From a virus (taxonomy: Duplodnaviria; Heunggongvirae; Uroviricota; Caudoviricetes), in IMG/VR virus record IMGVR_UViG_3300029711_000143: DNA of 4,320 nt; one strand, written 5' to 3'. This document shows, in pieces, positions 1-4,320 of the stretch. Numbering within the stretch: position 1 is the first letter of the stretch; every line of letters begins with the position of its first letter. The notes below the pieces were generated by a model. It was not told the origin of the DNA, searched no databases, and saw only the letters and a list, made by a program, of their open reading frames with translations. Made by a program: the position numbers and the translations under genes.

Positions 1-2
1 AT

Positions 3-128
3 ATGAAAACCAGTATTATCAACGGCTCGGAAGTGTCTAGATTATCCGTGGCGATTCAAAGCTGTATGAAGAAAACACATTCATGGGCAGATGTGACATT
101 ACAGGGAGTTTTAGTTTTCAATTGCTGA
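3..128 (+). CDS. Small ORF (41 codons) or 3' end of an upstream gene cut by the window edge; unknown function
   Basis: Open frame from ATG at 3 to TGA at 126-128 (MKTSIINGSEVSRLSVAIQSCMKKTHSWADVTLQGVLVFNC). Upstream context is outside the window, so the start and RBS cannot be judged. Lies directly upstream of the moron ORF on the same strand. Confidence 0.2.
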   Translation: MKTSIINGSEVSRLSVAIQSCMKKTHSWADVTLQGVLVFNC

Positions 129-138
129 AGGCATCGAA

Positions 139-156
139 TCATATTCATATTCATAT
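139..156. repeat. Perfect tandem hexamer repeat (TCATAT)x3 just upstream of the 175..720 ORF
   Basis: Direct reading: tcatat tcatat tcatat at 139-156, followed by a GAGGGG Shine-Dalgarno at 163-168 and the ATG at 175. AT-rich, so possibly part of a promoter (-10 region) or an operator. Confidence 0.5.
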
Positions 157-174
157 TGTTTTGAGGGGTAATTC

Positions 175-720
175 ATGGATGCAGGGATAGCCTCAGTTGT
201 CGCCGCAATTATTGCCGCAGCTGCAGCTGGAGTGGGGCTTGTTATCACTAAGGAGAATAAAACATCTGAGTTTCGGCAAGCGTGGATAGATGGTTTAAGG
301 GAAGAGTTAGCTGAATTGATGGAGAACTTTTTACAATTACGCACGACTCCGCCTGAGAAGCTCCCTGAGGTGGCTGGAAAAATTTATTTTCTTTCCGCAA
401 AAGTGAAGCTTAGGTTATCCAGTAAAAACTTAACTAATGAAGAGTCTCAGCTTTTGAAAATCATTGAGGATTACATTTTAAAAATGGATCGCTCATCTAA
501 CATTACAGATGTGGTCAGACAGTATTTTGAATATAGTTCCAGTGTTCTTAAAACTGAGTGGGAGAGAGTGAAACGAGGCGAGAAAAAATACAGAGTCGCT
601 ATCACGGTTTCGTACTCAATATTGGGTTTTTTGGGGCTCTATTTTGCTTTACGTTTCATTCCAGCGATAAGTGAAAAAATCTTAGAAATTATAGAGTTTT
701 TAAATTATTCGTTGTTCTGA
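175..720 (+). CDS. Hypothetical membrane protein (181 aa) with N-terminal and C-terminal hydrophobic segments and a central charged domain; AT-rich moron; candidate superinfection-exclusion or abortive-infection factor
   Basis: ATG at 175 preceded by GAGGGG (163-168) at 6-nt spacing; 181-codon ORF with no internal stops. Residues ~4-24 (GIASVVAAIIAAAAAGVGLVI) and ~150-172 (VAITVSYSILGFLGLYFALRFIPAI) are strongly hydrophobic, and the hydrophilic domain between them is flanked by basic residues. Base composition is visibly more AT-rich than the downstream nin genes (rough by-eye estimate ~40% vs ~50% GC). A perfect stem-loop follows at 761-791. I do not recognise it as a lambda core gene. Confidence 0.7.
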   Translation: MDAGIASVVAAIIAAAAAGVGLVITKENKTSEFRQAWIDGLREELAELMENFLQLRTTPPEKLPEVAGKIYFLSAKVKLRLSSKNLTNEESQLLKIIEDYILKMDRSSNITDVVRQYFEYSSSVLKTEWERVKRGEKKYRVAITVSYSILGFLGLYFALRFIPAISEKILEIIEFLNYSLF

Positions 721-760
721 TGACAAGCTTTGATTTTCCATAATCAACTTGTCATAATTA

Positions 761-791
761 AGTCACCGGAGCCTGAACAACTCCGGTGACT
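761..791. terminator. Perfect 11-bp stem / 9-nt loop hairpin downstream of the moron ORF; possible (bidirectional) terminator or regulatory structure
   Basis: AGTCACCGGAG (761-771) pairs perfectly with CTCCGGTGACT (781-791), loop cctgaacaa. Only a weak T-tract (TTCT) follows on the + strand; the reverse complement is followed by TTAATTAT. Termination function is therefore uncertain. Confidence 0.35.
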
Positions 792-911
792 TCTGCGCTA
801 AACGGGGACGTTTATGCGCACATACAATCCAAACTCTCTTCTCCCTTCACAGATGCAGAAATGTACCTGCGATTTTTTGCATCCAGCGTTTGACCTCTGC
901 GGAGGTGAATC

Positions 912-1367
912 GTGAACCTCCTACAAGATGGCATCAAATTGCATCGTGGTAACTTCACCGCTATCGGCCAGCAGATCCAGCCTTATCTGGAGGAAGGCAA
1001 ATGCTTTCGCATGGTGCTTAAACCGTGGCGAGAGAGACGCAGTCTTTCCCAGAATGCACTCAGCCACATGTGGTACAGCGAAATCAGTGAATACCTCATC
1101 AGCAGGGGGAAATCGTTCGCTACCGCAGCATGGGTAAAAGATGCTCTCAAACACACATACCTCGGTTATGAAACCAAGGACCTGGTTGATGTCGTAACCG
1201 GCGAAATCACTACTATCCAGTCGTTACGCCATACCTCCGATCTTGATACCGGAGAGATGTATGTCTTCCTGTGTAAGGTTGAAGCCTGGGCGATGAATAT
1301 TGGCTGCCACCTGACTATTCCGCAGAGCTGCGAGTTCCAGCTGCTGCGCGACAAGCAGGAGGCGTAA
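912..1367 (+). CDS. ninB: NinB/YbcN-like protein (lambdoid nin-region recombination-associated protein), 151 aa
   Basis: GTG start at 912 with GGAGG (901-905) 6 nt upstream. The translation ([15 protein letters not shown]...[19 protein letters not shown]...) matches my recollection of DLP12 YbcN / the NinB family. First gene of a translationally coupled block; its stop TAA (1365-1367) overlaps the next ATG. Confidence 0.85.
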   Translation: MNLLQDGIKLHRGNFTAIGQQIQPYLEEGKCFRMVLKPWRERRSLSQNALSHMWYSEISEYLISRGKSFATAAWVKDALKHTYLGYETKDLVDVVTGEITTIQSLRHTSDLDTGEMYVFLCKVEAWAMNIGCHLTIPQSCEFQLLRDKQEA

Positions 1368-1537
1368 TGGCTACACCGCTTATTCGTGTCATGAACGGAC
1401 ACATCTACAAAGTACCAAATCGTCGTAAGCGTAAACCTGAGCTGAAGCCATCCGAAATACCAACTCTGCTCGGATATACCGCCAGCCTGGTTGATAAAAA
1501 ATGGTTGCGACTGGCAGCAAGGAGGAATCATGGCTGA
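1367..1537 (+). CDS. ninE: NinE-like small protein, 56 aa
   Basis: ATG at 1367 overlaps the ninB stop (TAATG). Translated by hand: [56 protein letters not shown], stop TGA 1535-1537. It is too short to appear in the ORF track. Basic composition and position match lambdoid NinE. Confidence 0.7.
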   Translation: MATPLIRVMNGHIYKVPNRRKRKPELKPSEIPTLLGYTASLVDKKWLRLAARRNHG

Positions 1538-1820
1538 TTTGAGAAAAGCAGCGCGTGGTCGGGAATGCCAGGTAAGAATCCCTGGCGTATGTAATGGCAA
1601 TTCTGAAACGTCTGTACTGGCACATATCCGGCTGGCTGGATTGTGCGGTACCGGTACCAAACCGCCAGACCTGATTGCCACCATTGCATGTTCTGCCTGT
1701 CACGACGAAATCGACCGCCGCACACATTTTGTCGATGCTGAGTATGCAAAAGAATGCGCGCTGGAAGGTATGGCGAGAACACAGGTTATCTGGCTGAAAG
1801 AGGGGGTTATTAAGGCGTGA
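1530..1820 (+). CDS. ybcO: YbcO-like Cys-rich protein (DUF1364-type putative metal-dependent nuclease), 96 aa
   Basis: ATG at 1530 preceded by AAGGAGG (1519-1525) and overlapping the ninE stop. The track ORF 1491..1820 begins at an in-frame TTG, but the ATG at 1530 with its strong SD is the likely start. Translation [24 protein letters not shown]...IACSACHDE has clustered Cys/His residues consistent with a Zn/metal site. Confidence 0.8.
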   Translation: MADLRKAARGRECQVRIPGVCNGNSETSVLAHIRLAGLCGTGTKPPDLIATIACSACHDEIDRRTHFVDAEYAKECALEGMARTQVIWLKEGVIKA

Positions 1821-2179
1821 ATACCTACAGCATCACATTACCCTGGCCTCCGAGCAATAATCGCTATTACCGCCATAATCGCGGGCGCACGCACATCAGC
1901 GCAGAGGGGCAGGCATACCGCGATAACGTCGCCCGAATCATTAAAAACGCAATGCTGGATATCGGCCTGGCTATTCCTGTGAAAATCCGCATTGAGTGTC
2001 ACATGCCGGATCGCCGTCGCCGTGACCTGGATAATCTGCAAAAAGCTGCTTTTGACGCACTTACCAAAGCAGGTTTCTGGCTGGATGATGTTCAGGTCGT
2101 TGATTACCGTGTTGTGAAGATGCCCGTTACCAAAGGTGGGAAGCTGGAGCTGACCATCACCGAACTGGGGAATGAATGA
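1817..2179 (+). CDS. rusA: RusA Holliday-junction resolvase (crossover junction endodeoxyribonuclease), 120 aa
   Basis: GTG at 1817 overlaps the ybcO stop (GTGA). Translation [24 protein letters not shown]...DLDNL...[11 protein letters not shown] matches RusA of lambdoid prophages from memory, in length (120 aa) and sequence. Confidence 0.9.
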   Translation: MNTYSITLPWPPSNNRYYRHNRGRTHISAEGQAYRDNVARIIKNAMLDIGLAIPVKIRIECHMPDRRRRDLDNLQKAAFDALTKAGFWLDDVQVVDYRVVKMPVTKGGKLELTITELGNE

Positions 2180-2316
2180 TGTTTGAGTTTTATGTGACAG
2201 AACGTCTTCGCCACCGCTGGATGCGCCTGCGCTTATATCGTTTCCCCGGTTCTGTTTTGACCGATTACCGGATACTGAAGAATTACGCCAAAACACTGAA
2301 AGGAGCTGCCGCATGA
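2176..2316 (+). CDS. ylcG: YlcG-like small basic protein, 46 aa
   Basis: ATG ATG at 2176/2179 overlaps the rusA stop (aATGaATGATG). Hand translation: [46 protein letters not shown], stop TGA 2314-2316 overlapping the Q ATG at 2313. Position and sequence resemble DLP12 YlcG. Below the ORF-track size cutoff. Confidence 0.6.
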   Translation: MMFEFYVTERLRHRWMRLRLYRFPGSVLTDYRILKNYAKTLKGAAA

Positions 2317-3002
2317 ATACCCAATATTTACAGTATGTCCGCGAGCAACTCATTGTGGCTACCGCTGATTTGAGCGGAGCAACGAAAGGCCAGCTTGAAG
2401 CCTGGCTGGAGCATGCACAATTTGATACTGGTACATACAAACGAAAGAAGCGACGCATTCTGGATGAGGTAACTGGCAAGATTATTATGCTGGATAATCC
2501 GCCGATTTCCGGTAAGCAGTCGTACGCAAAAGGTTCATCTGTCGCCCTGATCAGTCCGGTCGAGTTTTCAACCTCTTCATGGCGCCGCGCTGTTCTGTCT
2601 CTCGATGAGCATCAGAAAGCATGGTTGCTGTGGAGTTACAGTGAAAATATTCGCTGGGAGCATCAGGTTGCCATAACGCAGTGGGCATGGAGCGAGTTTA
2701 AGACTCTGTTGGGTACCAGAAAAATTGCAGGTAAGACACTGGAACGCCTGAAGAAGTTGATCTGGCTGGCGGCACAGGATGTGAAGAGCGAACTGGCAGG
2801 GCGTGAGGCTTATGAATACCAGGAACTGGCGTCACTGGTGGGAGTGACATCAAAAAACTGGTCTGAGACATTCACTGAACGCTGGGTTGCAATGAAGCAC
2901 ATTTTTCTACAGCTTGATAGCGAAGCTTTATTGCTTCTAACGAGAACACGTTCAAAACAAAAGACGACATTTTCACAGCAAAATATTGCAAAACTGGATT
3001 AA
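2313..3002 (+). CDS. Q: Putative late-gene antitermination protein Q (non-lambda-type Q family), 229 aa
   Basis: ATG at 2313 with GGAG (2301-2304) 8 nt upstream. It sits between rusA/ylcG and the lysis cassette and is followed by a promoter/terminator region, which is the canonical position of Q. The protein contains no cysteine, so it is not the zinc-finger lambda-Q type. Assignment is mainly positional. Confidence 0.65.
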   Translation: MNTQYLQYVREQLIVATADLSGATKGQLEAWLEHAQFDTGTYKRKKRRILDEVTGKIIMLDNPPISGKQSYAKGSSVALISPVEFSTSSWRRAVLSLDEHQKAWLLWSYSENIRWEHQVAITQWAWSEFKTLLGTRKIAGKTLERLKKLIWLAAQDVKSELAGREAYEYQELASLVGVTSKNWSETFTERWVAMKHIFLQLDSEALLLLTRTRSKQKTTFSQQNIAKLD

Positions 3003-3033
3003 AAAGCATATATTTCATATAAATCTGATATTT

Positions 3034-3063
3034 TGCCAATGTTGTACGCACTGGCAGTAATCC
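3034..3063 (+). promoter_or_regulatory. Candidate late promoter (pR'-like) with probable Q-utilisation site immediately downstream of Q
   Basis: TTGCCA (3034-3039) as a -35-like hexamer with AGTAAT/TAATCC (3056-3063) as a -10-like element at 16-18 bp spacing, in an AT-rich stretch just after the Q stop. Weak consensus match; exact boundaries uncertain. Confidence 0.3.
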
Positions 3064-3183
3064 AAATTCAAGCTCGAGGTTTTAAGCCTTGGGCTTTTCT
3101 GTTTCTGGGCGGTGAGTATCCTTCCAACGTACCCCAGACAGGGTGTCTTCAGCTGTTGAGTTGATATTGCTTAACCCTCTGTT

Positions 3184-3209
3184 GCCAGCTACATGCTGGC
3201 TTTTTTATT
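3184..3209 (+). terminator. Intrinsic (Rho-independent) terminator, tR'-like, between Q and the lysis genes
   Basis: GCCAGC (3184-3189), loop tacat, GCTGGC (3195-3200), followed directly by TTTTTTATT (3201-3209). A classic hairpin plus U-tract on the + strand. Confidence 0.55.
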
Positions 3210-3311
3210 CCAGGCTTGCGGGGAGCATCAACTCCGTGCTTTGTCGTTAAATTACCCCGTGAGCCTGATTTCTGACATTTAACGTCCCGGCCTTTTGTCG
3301 GCGGCGAAACA

Positions 3312-3629
3312 TTGGCTATTCATATGCACGAAAAAGAGAGCCTTGCCGGAGCGTTCTGGCTCGTTTTGCTGATCATCGCAGGTTGGGGCGGTCTGGTCCG
3401 CTACCTGATAGATGTGAAGCAGAGTAAAGCAACGTGGAGCTGGATAAATGCTCTGGCTCAGATAGTGGTATCAGGATTCACCGGTGTTATTGGTGGCCTG
3501 ATCAGCATCGAAAGTGGATTCAGTATTTACATGATTCTCGCGACAGCGGGGATTAGTGGTGCGATGGGTTCGGTTGCACTGACGTACTTCTGGGAACGAC
3601 TGACAGGGGTGAAAAATGCAAAATCTTAA
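3312..3629 (+). CDS. Holin (class I-like, three predicted transmembrane segments); start uncertain (TTG 3312 or ATG 3324)
   Basis: ORF directly upstream of and overlapping the endolysin gene. Hydrophobic segments LAGAFWLVLLIIAGWGGLV, WINALAQIVVSGFTGVIGGLI and FSIYMILATAGISGAMGSVALTYF, with a charged C-terminal tail ([11 protein letters not shown]). The track start at 3312 is a TTG, with an in-frame ATG at 3324. The sequence is unlike lambda S as I recall it. Confidence 0.75.
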   Translation: MAIHMHEKESLAGAFWLVLLIIAGWGGLVRYLIDVKQSKATWSWINALAQIVVSGFTGVIGGLISIESGFSIYMILATAGISGAMGSVALTYFWERLTGVKNAKS

Positions 3630-4092
3630 TCCTCAGCGTAAAGCTTTCCTCGATATGGTGGCATGGTCAGAAGGAACGGATAACGGACGGCAGAAAACCA
3701 GAAATCATGGTTATGACGTCATTGTAGGCGGAGAGCTATTTACTGATTACTCCGATCACCCTCGCAAACTTGTCACGCTAAACCCCAAACTCAAATCAAC
3801 AGCTGCCGGACGTTATCAGCTTCTTTCACGCTGGTGGGATGCTTACCGTAAGCAGCTTGCTCTGAAAGACTTCTCTCCGAAAAGCCAGGATGCTGTGGCA
3901 TTGCAGCAGATTAAGGAGCGTGGCGCTTTACCGATGATTGATCGCGGTGATATTCGTCAGGCAATTGACCGTTGCAGCAATATCTGGGCTTCACTGCCGG
4001 GCGCTGGTTATGGTCAGTTCGAGCATAAGGCTGACAGCCTGATTGCAAAATTCAAAGAAGCAGGCGGAACGGTCAGAGAGATTGAGGTATGA
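3616..4092 (+). CDS. R: Endolysin, lambda R-type lytic transglycosylase, 158 aa
   Basis: ATG at 3616 with AGGGG (3605-3609) upstream; overlaps the holin 3' end by 14 nt. Translation [62 protein letters not shown]... is near-identical, from memory, to phage lambda R (158 aa) apart from the first few residues. Confidence 0.92.
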   Translation: MQNLNPQRKAFLDMVAWSEGTDNGRQKTRNHGYDVIVGGELFTDYSDHPRKLVTLNPKLKSTAAGRYQLLSRWWDAYRKQLALKDFSPKSQDAVALQQIKERGALPMIDRGDIRQAIDRCSNIWASLPGAGYGQFEHKADSLIAKFKEAGGTVREIEV

Positions 4093-4320
4093 GCAGAGTA
4101 ACCGCGATTATTTCCGCTCTGGTTATCTGCATCATCGTTTGCTTGTCATGGGCTGTTAATCATTACCGCGATAACGCCATTACCTACAAAGCCCAGCGCG
4201 ACAAAAATGCCAGAGAACTGAAGCTGGCGAACTCGACAATTACTGACATGCAGATGCGTCAGCGTGATGTTGCTGCGCTCGATGCAAAATACACGAAGGA
4301 GTTAGCTGATGCGAAAGCTG
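4089..4320 (+). CDS. Rz: Rz spanin (inner-membrane i-spanin), 5' portion; truncated by the window end
   Basis: ATG at 4089 overlaps the R stop (ATGA). Hand translation [48 protein letters not shown]...[13 protein letters not shown] matches lambda Rz from memory. N-terminal TM segment present. The ORF continues beyond position 4320. Confidence 0.85.
   Translation, partial: MSRVTAIISALVICIIVCLSWAVNHYRDNAITYKAQRDKNARELKLANSTITDMQMRQRDVAALDAKYTKELADAKA
4309..4320 (+). CDS. Rz1: Probable start of Rz1 (outer-membrane lipoprotein o-spanin) nested in the +1 frame of Rz; only the first 4 codons are in the window
   Basis: ATG at 4309 in the +1 frame relative to Rz, preceded by AAGGAG (4296-4301) at 7-nt spacing, about 220 nt into Rz, where lambda Rz1 begins. 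Too little sequence in the window to confirm the lipoprotein signal. Confidence 0.35.

Noticed and set aside
111-344. Minus-strand 77-aa ORF overlapping the moron start region
   Set aside because: It overlaps the RBS and N-terminus of the better-supported + strand ORF, no convincing RBS was seen, and its Ala-rich translation is the antisense reflection of the Ala-rich TM segment. Likely spurious.
890-895. TTGACC -35-like hexamer just upstream of ninB
   Set aside because: It lies only ~17 bp from the ninB start codon and overlaps the RBS region, leaving no room for a -10 element and a leader. Likely coincidental.
921-1154. Minus-strand 77-aa ORF and + strand alternative-frame 69-aa ORF (928..1137) inside ninB
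   Set aside because: Both lie entirely inside the recognisable NinB/YbcN-like coding sequence; they are alternative-frame artefacts.
1491-1529. Upstream TTG start for the ybcO-like ORF (track ORF 1491..1820)
   Set aside because: The ATG at 1530 has a strong AAGGAGG RBS and gives the expected ~96-aa protein beginning MADLRK; the TTG extension lies within ninE coding sequence.
1166-1782. Minus-strand ORFs (172 aa, 112 aa, 84 aa) spanning ninB-ninE-ybcO
   Set aside because: They are antisense to a block of translationally coupled + strand genes with recognisable products, and their translations show no protein-like features.
1838-2479. Minus-strand 213-aa ORF antisense to rusA/ylcG/Q
   Set aside because: It overlaps RusA, whose identification is high-confidence, and the Q start. 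A long antisense ORF is expected by chance in a region of this composition.
3003-3311. Possible tRNA genes or toxin cargo between Q and the holin, as in Stx phages
   Set aside because: The interval is only ~310 bp and is accounted for by promoter and terminator elements. I could not see a cloverleaf-compatible sequence with conserved tRNA boxes, and there is no ORF.
1-4320. CRISPR arrays, IS elements or integrase/att sites
   Set aside because: No regularly spaced direct repeats, terminal inverted repeats or transposase-like ORFs are visible. The only tandem repeat is the 18-bp (TCATAT)x3 tract.

Overview
This window reads as a + strand segment of a lambdoid (lambda-like) enterobacterial phage or prophage, running from the end of the early region through the nin region into the lysis cassette. 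All identifications are from reading the translations and recalling known phage proteins; no search was run. Gene order: a possible 3' end of an upstream gene (3..128); an AT-rich 'moron' encoding a 181-aa protein with hydrophobic segments at both ends (175..720) followed by a perfect stem-loop; then a tightly packed, translationally coupled nin-type block (NinB/YbcN-like, NinE-like, YbcO-like Cys-rich putative nuclease, RusA Holliday-junction resolvase, YlcG-like small basic protein); a Q-like late antiterminator (2313..3002); a ~310 bp late regulatory region with a clear intrinsic terminator (3184..3209); and a holin / lambda-R-type endolysin / Rz (with the start of nested Rz1) lysis cassette cut off by the window end. 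The most interesting element is the 175..720 moron, a candidate single-gene membrane-anchored exclusion or abortive-infection factor that I cannot assign to any known family. The lysis cassette also looks mosaic: the holin is unlike lambda S, while the endolysin and Rz are lambda-like.
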